From Limisphaerales bacterium (GTDB lineage Bacteria > Verrucomicrobiota > Verrucomicrobiia > Limisphaerales > JAJOIW01): a stretch of 64,000 nucleotides of DNA. The notes under the pieces are model-generated. The model did not search any database and had not been told where the DNA came from. It worked only from the letters and a program-made list of their open reading frames with translations. Location: the NCBI GenBank assembly GCA_965657355.1, contig CBFHOE010000003.1:277520-341519 (forward strand). Direction: 5' to 3'. Shown here one piece after another: positions 1 through 9,927 of the stretch. How positions within the stretch are numbered: position 1 is the first letter of the stretch; every line of letters starts with the position of its first letter. Both the position numbers and the translations under genes were made by a program.

Positions 1-77
1 ATGCTGACGGAGTTCGTCACTTGATCAATGGACCTGACGACAGTGCTGCATTCAAGGCATATCAAGACGTGAACTAA
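1..77 (+). CDS. 3' end of an upstream gene (partial, unknown product)
   Basis: Frame 3 is open from the window edge (ADGVRHLINGPDDSAAFKAYQDVN) to TAA at 75-77, followed by a terminator hairpin. Confidence 0.5.
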   Translation, partial: ADGVRHLINGPDDSAAFKAYQDVN

Positions 78-120
78 TTAGTTAGTCGCAAAATAACTTA
101 AAAATTTAAGTTAAATAACA

Positions 121-155
121 AAGGGCCGGTCAGAAGTGATCGGCCCTTCTTTTTT
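121..155 (+). terminator. Rho-independent terminator
   Basis: AAGGGCCGGTCA-GAAG-TGATCGGCCCTT hairpin followed by a T tract. Confidence 0.85.
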
Positions 156-237
156 ATAGAAGCTCAAGGCTTTAACTGGTGATTCATTGAGGTTAAAAGA
201 GACTGGAGCTTTATCTATTCTGTGATAATTTAAGATT

Positions 238-1308
238 ATGATTCGAAAACTAGTGGGACAGTTGTCTTTGGTGTCGGTTTTTTGCCTGGGGTTAGTATCG
301 TTTGGCTTTGTTCATGCTCAAAATGAAAAAACGGCTTCAGACGCGGGAGCCTTCGAAGCTGGTAGCAGTGGAGATCCAGCTATGAAAGATGGGCTGTATG
401 CAAAATTGACGACTTCTAAAGGTGAGGTTTTGCTCAATTTGGAATTTAAGAAAGCTCCTTTAACCGTCATCAATTTCACTGGGTTGGCCGAGGGTAAAAT
501 CAAGAATGACAAAAAGGACGGTAAGCCTTACTACGATGGACTCGTATTTCATAGGGTCATAAATGATTTCATGATCCAAGGAGGATGTCCGGAGGGTACG
601 GGCCGAGGCGGGCCAGGATATAAATTTAGAGATGAGATTCACCCTGACCTTCGTCACACCGGGCCTGGTATATTAAGTATGGCCAATGCAGGTCCGAAAA
701 CTAATGGAAGTCAGTTTTTTATCACCCATAAAGCAACGCCATGGCTTGATGGCAAACACTCCGTTTTTGGTCATGTCGTCTCTGGAATGGATATCGTCAA
801 CAAGATAGAAAAAGGTGATAAGATTGAGAGTGTCAAAATTGTGAGAGTTGGGGAAGAAGCCATGTCTTTCAAAAATGATCAGGCAGCTTTTGATGAGCTG
901 AAGGATCCTTCTATAAAAAACATGAAGGACGGTAAAGCTTTCATGGTTGAAAATCGTGAAAAAGAAGGAGTGATCGAAACACCGAGTGGTTTACAGATCA
1001 AGTTTATCAAGAAAGGTCAAGGAGAGTCTCCTACTGCAAAGAGTGTCGTGAAGGTCCACTACGAGGGGACGCTATTGAGTGGTAAAGTTTTTGATAGTTC
1101 TTATCGTCGTAATGCTCCTGCTACTTTTCCTCTGAATAGAGTGATTCCAGGTTGGACTGAGGGGCTTCAAATGATGAAGGTGGGCTCGACTGCTGAGCTG
1201 TGGATTCCCTCCAAGCTAGCGTATGGCAAAAATGATATTGGCAATGGCCTTATTCCTGGTGGTTCGACCCTCAAATTCAAAGTTGAGCTTTTGGAAATCG
1301 TTCAATAA
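238..1308 (+). CDS. Secreted dual-family peptidyl-prolyl isomerase (cyclophilin + FKBP fusion)
   Basis: Signal peptide; cyclophilin motifs FHRVINDFMIQGG, LSMANAGPKTNGSQFFITH, WLDGKHSVFG; then FKBP motifs VHYEGTLLSGKVFDSS, VIPGWTEGL, LAYG, IPGGSTLKFKVELL. Confidence 0.93.
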   Translation: MIRKLVGQLSLVSVFCLGLVSFGFVHAQNEKTASDAGAFEAGSSGDPAMKDGLYAKLTTSKGEVLLNLEFKKAPLTVINFTGLAEGKIKNDKKDGKPYYDGLVFHRVINDFMIQGGCPEGTGRGGPGYKFRDEIHPDLRHTGPGILSMANAGPKTNGSQFFITHKATPWLDGKHSVFGHVVSGMDIVNKIEKGDKIESVKIVRVGEEAMSFKNDQAAFDELKDPSIKNMKDGKAFMVENREKEGVIETPSGLQIKFIKKGQGESPTAKSVVKVHYEGTLLSGKVFDSSYRRNAPATFPLNRVIPGWTEGLQMMKVGSTAELWIPSKLAYGKNDIGNGLIPGGSTLKFKVELLEIVQ

Positions 1309-1328
1309 ATTGATTGTTAATTTTAGAG

Positions 1329-1366
1329 AATTCCTGAACGTGCATTTGCAAGTTCGGGAATTTTTT
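1329..1366 (+). terminator. Rho-independent terminator
   Basis: AATTCCTGAAC...GTTCGGGAATT inverted repeat (one G-U pair) then TTTT, just after the PPIase stop. Confidence 0.65.
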
Positions 1367-1380
1367 GTCTATTGCCATTT

Positions 1381-2172
1381 ATGGAACAGGAAAAAATGAT
1401 GCGCCCGGATATTGATTTTTTGGTAAGTTCGATTGAAAGCTCATTTGAGATTGCTCAGGTAGGAATTGCTGTGCGTCCGAATGGGGAATATGAACTTAGG
1501 TCAAAAATTGATTTCGAAAAAAGCAAAGAGGATTTACAAAATCTTGAGTTATCTGATCTCAGGGATTGGATAAATACGACAGAATCAAACCAGTTCAGGC
1601 CTTTAAAATCTGCTCCAAATTTGAAACCAGGTTGGGTTTTCCTCGCAAAAGATCCCTTGGAATTAGCAGAGGCTCTCGAGATCATTTATCCCGGGTATGT
1701 CTCAGATTATTATAAATTTTCCACACAGGGGGATTCCGTAGCTCAAGATTACCCGGATTATACTTCTCGGCAAACTGGTATGTATCGAAGCACTTCAGCT
1801 CTAGATTCTGAAGACATTGCAGATATGGTACATGGATGTTGTGACGCGAAATTTTGCCTCAAGAGCAGGCAATGGCAGTGGGCGAATGGAGGTTTCAAAG
1901 ACGAGATGGGGAGCCCGAGCAACATTCCTTGCCTGGAGCCATGCGCTGTGCTGTTGGAGCTGGCAAGGATACAGGCAAAATCAAAACTTTCTGATCAAAT
2001 ATCCATTTCATTTTCGGATAGAGAGCTTGATGTTATCGAGGGTGCCCTGAAAGCTCACTCAGAAAAACTACCCAATGGTATGAGGGAAGGTGATGTCTTT
2101 AAAGTGAATCACCCAAAAAGAATTCAAATCATTATGGAAAAACTCAAGCGAATCAAAGCGAACAAAACATAG
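1381..2172 (+). CDS. DR2241-family protein (C-terminal part of Deinococcus CbiX-like DR2241), putative 4Fe-4S binding
   Basis: FRPLKSAPNLKPGW, IYPG, RQTGMY and Cys cluster CC-x4-C...CLEPC, as I recall them from DR2241-family proteins. Start uncertain (1372/1381/1396). Confidence 0.7.
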   Translation: MEQEKMMRPDIDFLVSSIESSFEIAQVGIAVRPNGEYELRSKIDFEKSKEDLQNLELSDLRDWINTTESNQFRPLKSAPNLKPGWVFLAKDPLELAEALEIIYPGYVSDYYKFSTQGDSVAQDYPDYTSRQTGMYRSTSALDSEDIADMVHGCCDAKFCLKSRQWQWANGGFKDEMGSPSNIPCLEPCAVLLELARIQAKSKLSDQISISFSDRELDVIEGALKAHSEKLPNGMREGDVFKVNHPKRIQIIMEKLKRIKANKT

Positions 2173-2200
2173 CGCCACCTGAGGTATGATTGGAATATAA

Positions 2201-3694
2201 ATGAAAAATTTCAGTTACCAGAAAATCATATTTATTTTCGTCTGTCTTATTTTGGTAACAGGTTGTCGACCTGAAATTAAGGATATAACCGCTGTTGACG
2301 AGCCAAAAGCAGAAGCGGAGTCGGAAAAGAGTGCCGATGTGGACATCGGAGAATCTTTTGAAATACAAACATCTCAGGATCCTGTCCTAAGTGAAGCAAA
2401 TATCACATTTCAGGATGTTGAAAATGCCTATCAGACCATTATGGCTCTTGAGAAGGAGGTGCAAAACCTACCGGACAATGTAGAATCTGACAAAGTTCAA
2501 AAGCTTCAGGAAAATTACAGAGAAGTGCTTTGGGAGGCCTCCAAGGTTGCAAGAGTGTTTTGGCAATCTAATCCAGATGCTAGACAGAGAGAACAAGCTA
2601 AAGAATATGAGAAAAGATGGGTCACTGTTCTTGCTTCGTCCAATCATAAGTTAGCTGAAAAAAGGCTGTCTGAACTTGTTTTACAAAATTTATCAGACCC
2701 TACGATAGCCAGTGATGAAAAATACCAAATATATCTCCAAGCGGTGCAACAAGCCGCCTTGCGAGAAAGAGAAAATGGCATACTAGCCATGTCTAGAAAA
2801 CTAAACTCTGGAACCGATCAATTAATTAAAAAATTTCCTGCCCAGGCAAAATCCATTGGATTGTATTTTATGCCCTTAAAAGCATTTCATGTTTATAAGC
2901 AAACCAATGATTTCTTAAAAATATCAGCAAAGATTGAGAAAGAGATTGGGCGGTTGGAGTTGGATGAGAACACATTAGAAGATGCAGCGAGGACGCGTCT
3001 GGATTATGCAGCAGCGCTCTTTGAGTTGAGGATTCAGGACAAAGTTAGAGAAAATTTGAATTATGTTTTGGGTTTGGATATCTCTCAAGACATCAAAGAC
3101 GATGCACAAATTGCGATTCACACAGTAACCTCCGTCTTGAAAGCAGAGGGCGAGCAAGATGAGTTCATCGGGAAGTCCCTGGACTTCTCGTATTCGCTCA
3201 GAGACCCCAAGACAGGAAAACAATCCAATATTGACCTCCAATCATTGAGACACCAAGCAAACGTGTTATTCTTTCTATCTGAGGTTGATAGGCCGACCGT
3301 TCAGGTTTTAAAAGACCTTTTGGCAACTTTACAGACATTTCAACCTGACCCTATTGGCATCATTTACATTCCTCTTCGTCCTTTAAATGTTTCATCTATC
3401 CGAAGTGCTGAAGGGGCGGATAGTTCTGCCTCATTTTTGCCTGATGAACAATTTGTTAAGAAAATTGATGAGCTCAATAGATTCGAGCCGTGGTTCACTG
3501 TGGATATCAGCAAGGAGGAAAATATCGAACAACTCAAACGGATGCAGGTCAAAGTATATCCTCAGCTCTGGCTTTTGGACAAAGCCGGCAAGGTGAGTCA
3601 TGTGCGTGCCTCTCAAAAAATCCAGGTTTACCTCTTTAATCTGCTCCGACAGCAAAAAAATCCGATCGGTTCTGGTTCGATTTTCGAACAATAA
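2201..3694 (+). CDS. Lipoprotein with helical N-terminal region and C-terminal redoxin-like fold lacking CXXC
   Basis: Lipobox LVTG-C; C-terminus IGKSLDFS...IDLQSLR...VLFF...VKVYPQLWLLDKAGKV resembles the TlpA/redoxin fold, with no CXXC. Confidence 0.55.
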   Translation: MKNFSYQKIIFIFVCLILVTGCRPEIKDITAVDEPKAEAESEKSADVDIGESFEIQTSQDPVLSEANITFQDVENAYQTIMALEKEVQNLPDNVESDKVQKLQENYREVLWEASKVARVFWQSNPDARQREQAKEYEKRWVTVLASSNHKLAEKRLSELVLQNLSDPTIASDEKYQIYLQAVQQAALRERENGILAMSRKLNSGTDQLIKKFPAQAKSIGLYFMPLKAFHVYKQTNDFLKISAKIEKEIGRLELDENTLEDAARTRLDYAAALFELRIQDKVRENLNYVLGLDISQDIKDDAQIAIHTVTSVLKAEGEQDEFIGKSLDFSYSLRDPKTGKQSNIDLQSLRHQANVLFFLSEVDRPTVQVLKDLLATLQTFQPDPIGIIYIPLRPLNVSSIRSAEGADSSASFLPDEQFVKKIDELNRFEPWFTVDISKEENIEQLKRMQVKVYPQLWLLDKAGKVSHVRASQKIQVYLFNLLRQQKNPIGSGSIFEQ

Positions 3695-3756
3695 CTAAGT
3701 GCTTGAGCCTGCTTATTAGCATTCCACGACTGTTGGGGGGTGTATAAAAATGACCC

Positions 3757-3778
3757 TAATGATTAAAAATTATCATTA
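3757..3778. promoter_or_regulatory. Palindromic operator (LysR T-N11-A type) upstream of the LysR gene
   Basis: TAATGAT-TAAAAATT-ATCATTA perfect 7-bp inverted repeat about 110 nt upstream of the LysR start; T3760-N11-A3772. Confidence 0.4.
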
Positions 3779-3889
3779 AGAGTTCTATCTTCACCTTTTA
3801 AAAGATTTTGTTAACGGATTTCTGGTTACTAATCGATAATATTCATAGCTGGCCTATTAAATGCTTGTATCCAACTGGAGAGAGTAGTC

Positions 3890-4846
3890 ATGGAAATGGA
3901 TTTCGACCAAATATTAGATAGCAGGCAATTAAAAGCGTTCGTTTGCTTGGCAAAACAAGAAAATTTTACTTTAGCAGCAAAAGAGCTCAATCTTACGCAG
4001 TCAGCAGTGAGCCATTCAATCAAAGCGCTTGAGTCAGATCTAGGCTGTAAGCTCATTGATAGACTGGGGAAGAAAGCACTTTTGACACAATCTGGCGAGC
4101 AATTACTGATTTATTCGAGCAGAATACTCCGTGAGATGGCCAAGGCCCGTAGTTCTATCCAAAATTTAAATAACTGGGGTCAGACTCGCCTCAGATTAGC
4201 AGCCAGCTCATCTATTTGTGAATTTCTCATGCCGGCAGTTTTGAAGTCCATCAAATCAGAATTTCCTAATAGCAGAATAGTCCTTCATTCTAAAGACTCG
4301 GCCGAGGCGATAGAATTTTTAAGGGCAGGAAAGGTAGATATCGCTATTGCATTGCAGCCGAAGGGTGGATCTCAATTAGAGTTCAGAACATGGTTTGAGG
4401 ACCATCTTTGTTTTCTAGTTTCCAAAGATCATGAATGGGCTAAAAATCAAAAAGTCGACACCGAGGGTATATCGCAACAGCAATTTATTCTTTATGATCG
4501 TGCAAGCCATACTTTTAACATGATTGCAGACTACTTTAAAAGTCAAGGCAGTGAGTTGGAGAATGTGACCGAACTCGGAAGTATGCTTGCGACCAAAGAG
4601 ATGGTGAAACTCAACTTGGGGGTCGGTATTGTAGCCCCATGGATAGCAACAGAAGAAATTAAATCAGGTGAATTATTTTGCCTGCCCATTTCAAAAGAGC
4701 AGCTAGTTCGTTCTTGGGGGTTTATAACAAGGAGTGGGAAGCGGCTATCTCTTATCGAAGAGAAGCTTGTTAGCAGCAAGGTATTAGCAGCAGCAGGTGA
4801 TTATAATTTCGGATCCAATGAGAAAGCTATTTCCCTGGCTTCGTAA
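3890..4846 (+). CDS. LysR-family transcriptional regulator
   Basis: N-terminal HTH (RQLKAF...NFTLAAKELNLTQSAVSHSIKALESDLG...LTQSGE) plus substrate-binding domain. Confidence 0.95.
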   Translation: MEMDFDQILDSRQLKAFVCLAKQENFTLAAKELNLTQSAVSHSIKALESDLGCKLIDRLGKKALLTQSGEQLLIYSSRILREMAKARSSIQNLNNWGQTRLRLAASSSICEFLMPAVLKSIKSEFPNSRIVLHSKDSAEAIEFLRAGKVDIAIALQPKGGSQLEFRTWFEDHLCFLVSKDHEWAKNQKVDTEGISQQQFILYDRASHTFNMIADYFKSQGSELENVTELGSMLATKEMVKLNLGVGIVAPWIATEEIKSGELFCLPISKEQLVRSWGFITRSGKRLSLIEEKLVSSKVLAAAGDYNFGSNEKAISLAS

Positions 4847-5735
4847 AAAATCTTCTTTGTTTTTCTGAGATCGAAAAATCCAACTTTTCCATAACCAGAA
4901 GCATATCTTCCCACACTTTCCTTTTTTCAGCTATTGATTGTGCCGGGTCGGATTCTTTATGGAGTAAATAGGATGGGTGATATGTAGGCATTATAGGAAT
5001 ACCTTCAATATTTTTCCATTTTCCTCTGGTGCGTGTGATACTTTCGTTGGGTTTATCAAACAGTCCCTGTAAAGCAGTCGCTCCTAATGCCACAATAACT
5101 TTGGGGCGAACAATATTAATTTGTTTGAATAAATAGGGTTTGCACCTATTCATTTCATCGAGTTCAGGCTTTCTGTTGCCAAATGATTTTCCCGGGGTGT
5201 TGGGTCGGCATTTCAGAATATTTGCAATATAGACTTCTTCCCTTTTCAATCCCATTGCTTGAATGATTTTAGTGAGTAGTTGGCCTGCTTTGCCGACGAA
5301 TGGTTGCCCCTGTCTATCTTCGTCTAATCCAGGAGCTTCACCTATAAACATCAAGTCAGCATTTAAATTTCCAACGCCAAAAACGGTTTGTGTTCTAGAT
5401 TTGACCAAGTGAGCGCACTTCTGGCACTGGCTTACTTCATCTTTCAAGGACTCAATGGCAGCTGTTTTATTTCCGACGGGTTGTTTGTCGAATATGGGGT
5501 TGATATTATTTTTTTCGACATTCGCAGGACCGCTAGGTTTCGGACTCTTTTTAAATGGTTTTTGTTTAACTACTGGCTTGTGGGTGGGGGTGGGTTCCGA
5601 AAGACCTCTACTCGATAATTTTGCTAGTGCCTCCAGGCTGGCGGGTTCCAACCGTAAGAATGTCCTATTCTTCGATTTTTCTTCTCTGAGATAGCTCAGA
5701 GTTGCACGTAGTAAAAGTTGGAAACCATCAGCCAT
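4827..5735 (-). CDS. Uracil-DNA glycosylase family 4 (Fe-S cluster type)
   Basis: [36 protein letters not shown]-terminal extension. Confidence 0.93.
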   Translation of the reverse strand: MADGFQLLLRATLSYLREEKSKNRTFLRLEPASLEALAKLSSRGLSEPTPTHKPVVKQKPFKKSPKPSGPANVEKNNINPIFDKQPVGNKTAAIESLKDEVSQCQKCAHLVKSRTQTVFGVGNLNADLMFIGEAPGLDEDRQGQPFVGKAGQLLTKIIQAMGLKREEVYIANILKCRPNTPGKSFGNRKPELDEMNRCKPYLFKQINIVRPKVIVALGATALQGLFDKPNESITRTRGKWKNIEGIPIMPTYHPSYLLHKESDPAQSIAEKRKVWEDMLLVMEKLDFSISEKQRRFFTKPGK

Positions 5736-5830
5736 AAACAAATTTATAATACGCCACCATGGCCGTTAAAAAAACTCAAATTCTAGACTTGTCAAAATCG
5801 TAAATATTACCCATGATTTTAAATCCACAA

Positions 5831-5906
5831 GCGAGTGTAGCTCAGTTGGTAGAGCATCACCTTGCCAAGGTGACTGTCGTGAGTTCGAATCTCATCACTC
5901 GCTCCA
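5831..5906 (+). tRNA. tRNA-Gly (GCC)
   Basis: GCGAGTG acceptor stem, D arm, anticodon loop TTGCCAA, TTCGAAT T loop, encoded CCA. Confidence 0.97.
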
Positions 5907-6280
5907 TTTCTTTTTGCCTTTGTTTTTTGTTCATCCTCTCTAATTGACCAAATCATTCTATCAAACGTTGGAATCAGGCATACCCGCGTGTGTCGATGCA
6001 TAATTTCATCAAAAAGAAATTTTGCCTCTAACACGGAAAAATATTTTACGGGTATTGATGGTGAGGCGGGCAATGCAAAGGTTTATGGGTGAGCTTAAAG
6101 TTATTCTGGCTGGCAGATCCGGACGTTTTTGAAAATCAAATCGCAAATAAAGGCTCTTCGAATTAAGAATCTTTTATTTTTTGCCCAAACAATTAAAGAA
6201 ATTGTTGGAATTTTTGCGTGATATCGTCAGACTGTGGTCCATTTTTGCTTAAATAGTTAAATTTACTAAGAAAATAACGA

Positions 6281-8104
6281 ATGAAGAAACGGACACATCA
6301 TTGTAATGAGTTGCGAAGTGAGCATATAGGTCAAGAAGTCATCCTATGCGGCTGGGTGCATTCCAATAGAGACCTCGGCGGTGTGATATTTTTGGATATT
6401 CGTGATAGAGAGGGTCGGACTCAAGCTGTGTTTGATCCCGCTGATCTGCCCGGTGAGATTTTCTCTATTGCAGAGCACGTTCGCAGTGAGACCGTGGTTT
6501 GTGTTTGTGGCAAGGTGAGGCATCGTCCGGAGGGAACGAACAATGAAAAAATTCCTACTGGAGAAGTTGAAGTTCTTGCCAATGAGATTGAAATATTAAA
6601 CAAGGCAGACGTTTTGCCCTTTCCAATTGATGACCCTGAGTCAGCGGGAAAGGTTAATGAAGAGCATCGGCTCAAGTACCGCTACATGGATTTAAGAAGG
6701 CCAGAGATGATTCACAATCTACGGCTTAGAAGTCGCGCAGCAACAGCTACAAGAGTTTTCATGGAGGAGGAAGGGTTTCTGGAAGTTGAGACGCCAACCT
6801 TATTTAAGTCAACCCCCGAAGGTGCCCGCGAATTTGTTGTCCCATGTCGAAACGCGCCGGGTCACTTTTATGCTCTTCCTCAAAGTCCTCAGCAGTTCAA
6901 GCAGGTTTTAATGGTTGGTGGCGTTGAAAAATATTTTCAACTTGCTCGTTGTTATCGAGATGAAGACTTACGGGCGGACAGGCAGCCTGAATTTACTCAG
7001 GTGGATATAGAAATGTCCTTTATCGATCGTGAGGATATTTATGCACTCATCGAAGGGTTGTTAAAGAGGATTTGGAAAACCACCCTCGACATGGATATTT
7101 CCACTCCGTTCCAAAGAATGTCTTTTCAGGAAGCCATGGATCGATTCGGGAGTGATAAGCCAGACCTGAGGTATGCCATGGAAATTGTAGATTTCAGTGA
7201 TGTCTTTGAAGGTTCTAAATTTAATGTCTTCAAAAAAGTTGTTGAGAGTGGTGGAGTCGTAAAGGCAATGAATGTCAAAGGCATGGCCGATGCGACTCAA
7301 GGGCAAATGGAGACCATGACAGATTATGCGATAAGCCATGGAGCCAAAGGCCTTGCTTATATAAAAGTCGTTAATGGTGAGTGGAAATCACCTGTTACAA
7401 AATTTTTTAGTGAGGAGGAAAAAGCTGCTTTAATCGAGCGACTTAAAATTGAAGAGGGCGATTTAATTTTATTTGCAGCTGATAAATGGCTCAATGCTTG
7501 TGAAATACTGGGATTGATTCGCACTTATAACGCGGGTTTATTACAGGCCAAGGGTCTTTTAAAACTGGATCCAATGGATTTTCGATTTCTTTGGGTTATT
7601 GAGTTTCCGCTCTTAGCTTTTGATAAGGAGATGAATCGGTGGTATTCCAGTCACCACCCATTTACAGCGCCCGTTGAGGAAGATGCAGATAAGCTCGATT
7701 CTGATCCGAAAGAAGTCCGCGGCCAGCATTATGACATTGTTGTTAATGGTGTTGAGCTTGGTGGCGGATCGATTCGTATTCACCAGCCGGATCTGCAGCG
7801 AAAAATTTTCCAGGATATTTTGCAGCTTGAGGCAGATACTATCCAAGAAAGATTTGGATATATGCTTGAAGCATTTAAATACGGATGCCCTCCACATGGT
7901 GGGATTGCTCTCGGTTTTGATAGGCTCATTACCCTTCTGACTGGATCCTCCAGTATCAGGGATGTTATTGCATTTCCTAAAACAGCAAAAGGGGCCTGTT
8001 TGATGACGGACTCCCCGGGCACAGTTGATAAGCGTCAGCTTAGAGAGCTCTACATTGACGTTAAAGCTCCTCAGCAAAAGAAAAATCCTGATGAAAAGCA
8101 GTGA
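6281..8104 (+). CDS. aspS: Aspartate--tRNA ligase
   Basis: RTHHC, STPEGAREF, LPQSPQQFKQ, CYRDEDLRADRQPEFTQVD, ELGGGSIRIH, PPHGGIALGFDR. Confidence 0.98.
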   Translation: MKKRTHHCNELRSEHIGQEVILCGWVHSNRDLGGVIFLDIRDREGRTQAVFDPADLPGEIFSIAEHVRSETVVCVCGKVRHRPEGTNNEKIPTGEVEVLANEIEILNKADVLPFPIDDPESAGKVNEEHRLKYRYMDLRRPEMIHNLRLRSRAATATRVFMEEEGFLEVETPTLFKSTPEGAREFVVPCRNAPGHFYALPQSPQQFKQVLMVGGVEKYFQLARCYRDEDLRADRQPEFTQVDIEMSFIDREDIYALIEGLLKRIWKTTLDMDISTPFQRMSFQEAMDRFGSDKPDLRYAMEIVDFSDVFEGSKFNVFKKVVESGGVVKAMNVKGMADATQGQMETMTDYAISHGAKGLAYIKVVNGEWKSPVTKFFSEEEKAALIERLKIEEGDLILFAADKWLNACEILGLIRTYNAGLLQAKGLLKLDPMDFRFLWVIEFPLLAFDKEMNRWYSSHHPFTAPVEEDADKLDSDPKEVRGQHYDIVVNGVELGGGSIRIHQPDLQRKIFQDILQLEADTIQERFGYMLEAFKYGCPPHGGIALGFDRLITLLTGSSSIRDVIAFPKTAKGACLMTDSPGTVDKRQLRELYIDVKAPQQKKNPDEKQ

Positions 8105-8143
8105 ATCTGCGCCTCTGATTCGAATGCAGCTTTCTTAAGTGTT

Positions 8144-9901
8144 TTAAAAATTCTTCATAAGCCACAAACACTGGAATGGTTGGAGCTGGAAAGATCTTTT
8201 GTCAACGGTAAAAACCCCGTCTGACAGAAGATCTAAGTAGGTGCCTTCTTCTAAAGATTCATGCAACTTTAATCCCTCTACTTGGCCTGAGAAGCTATGA
8301 AGGCATAATACAGAAATATTTTTTTCGTCTTTGATCAAAGAACGTTTCACGCAAAAGACTTTATGAGATAGATCGATGATATCCTGGGTTGCTTCCGGAT
8401 CGAAGGCGGCACAGTTCCTTCTTTTTTTAAGAATATTCAGATAGTCTAGAAAGATATTTCTTTGCGCGGATGTGGTATCGCTTAGAAATCGATCAAGTTC
8501 TTTCTGAGTTAATTTTTTCCTGTTGATTCGCCTTGGAATTCCTGAATTTTTTACTCCTTCAAGATCATTCATCGAGGCAAGAAGTGAATGGATATAGATT
8601 CCAGGGATTCCCTTAATTGAAAGAGCTACGATTTGGGAAGCGAGAAATCTTTGCGATGATATTTCAGAATAAGGTTTATCTTCATCTGCCAAAGCACTGA
8701 AGTAAGTTGTGTTCAATTCATAAGGACTCTTAGACCCATCAGGTAGCGATCTGTATGAAACTTCTCCATTTTTCTCTTTGATCTTATCAACTAAGAATGC
8801 AATTTCATCTTCTGAGAGAATCCCTTGTAATGGGCGCATGCCAATGCCATCGTGTGACGAAGTAAAATTAAAAAACGTACAATTCTCAGGTAATTCCGGC
8901 AGGTTCGATGCCCATTTGGTGAGGTGAGAGGCATCTTCCTTTAATAAACCATGGAGCACTAATGGCGGTAAGCTGAACTGATAGACCATATGGGCTTCGT
9001 CACCATTTCCGAAATATGAAATGTTTTCCTCGTGAGGGACATTGGTTTCTGTAAGAAGAATGGACGAAGGAGACACTTGGTTTAAAATGCACCTAATGAG
9101 TTTTATAAATTCATGAGTATTTTCATGATGCATGCAGGATGTTCCAATCTCTTTCCACAGGAAGGCAACGGCATCAAGGCGTATAATTTGAGCCCCCATT
9201 GAAATGTAGAAAAGTAATATATCCAACATTTCAAAAAATACATCAGGATTTGCGAAATTAAGGTCGACCTGATCGGCACTGAATGTCGTCCACACGTATT
9301 TAGTACCATTGCGTGTTTCGACTTTTGTGAGAAGTGGTGATGTTCTTGGTCGGGTGACCATAGAAAGGTCGGTGTCTTTGGATTCCTCGACAAAAAAGTG
9401 GCTGTAAGGTGCGATGCTGTTGGTATAGTATTTGAACCATTGAGATTCTGCTGAGACGTGGTTGAGAACCCAATCAAACATTAATTTGAAGTTGGATCCA
9501 AGAAGCGTGATGTCATTCCAGGTCCCTGACTCCGGATTCACTGCTCGATAATCTTTGACCGAGAATCCATCATCAGAAGAATAAGGGAAAAAGGGGAGTA
9601 AATGGACCGTACTGATTGCTTCTTGTAAATGTTGTGTAGCAAAATTTCTCAGCTGTTTTATCGGCGAGCTCTCCTCTGACAGGAGACTGTCAGCATAGGT
9701 TATGAGCACTACATCCTTCTCTGACCAGATTCCCGTATCTTCCAAACCAGATTTTTGGGATGATTGTGAATGAAGGCCATATCTACCAGTCGTTAATAAA
9801 AGCCTCTTGATAAGTTGATCCAGGTTTGCATCCGGATAGAGAACTCGTAGATGCTTCGAAACCACCTCAAGGAATTCTTTTTGATAAATTTGTCTTAGCA
9901 T
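8144..9901 (-). CDS. GH13_18 sugar phosphorylase, probably glucosylglycerate phosphorylase
   Basis: HLLPFFPYSSDDGF, DWVLNH, WTTFSADQVDLN, RLDAVAF, TETN, SHDGIG, YELN. TETN/YELN and the neighbouring gpgS favour glucosylglycerate over sucrose specificity. Confidence 0.85.
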   Translation of the reverse strand: MLRQIYQKEFLEVVSKHLRVLYPDANLDQLIKRLLLTTGRYGLHSQSSQKSGLEDTGIWSEKDVVLITYADSLLSEESSPIKQLRNFATQHLQEAISTVHLLPFFPYSSDDGFSVKDYRAVNPESGTWNDITLLGSNFKLMFDWVLNHVSAESQWFKYYTNSIAPYSHFFVEESKDTDLSMVTRPRTSPLLTKVETRNGTKYVWTTFSADQVDLNFANPDVFFEMLDILLFYISMGAQIIRLDAVAFLWKEIGTSCMHHENTHEFIKLIRCILNQVSPSSILLTETNVPHEENISYFGNGDEAHMVYQFSLPPLVLHGLLKEDASHLTKWASNLPELPENCTFFNFTSSHDGIGMRPLQGILSEDEIAFLVDKIKEKNGEVSYRSLPDGSKSPYELNTTYFSALADEDKPYSEISSQRFLASQIVALSIKGIPGIYIHSLLASMNDLEGVKNSGIPRRINRKKLTQKELDRFLSDTTSAQRNIFLDYLNILKKRRNCAAFDPEATQDIIDLSHKVFCVKRSLIKDEKNISVLCLHSFSGQVEGLKLHESLEEGTYLDLLSDGVFTVDKRSFQLQPFQCLWLMKNF

Positions 9902-9927
9902 TTTTTAGGGTATGAGTTTTGATGGTT

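Noticed and set aside
5819..6073. 84-aa minus-strand ORF
   Set aside because: Antisense shadow of tRNA-Gly (ASDEIRTHDSHLGKVMLYQLSY is typical reverse-tRNA translation).
8144..9901. Sucrose phosphorylase call
   Set aside because: TETN and YELN signatures plus gpgS context fit glucosylglycerate phosphorylase better.
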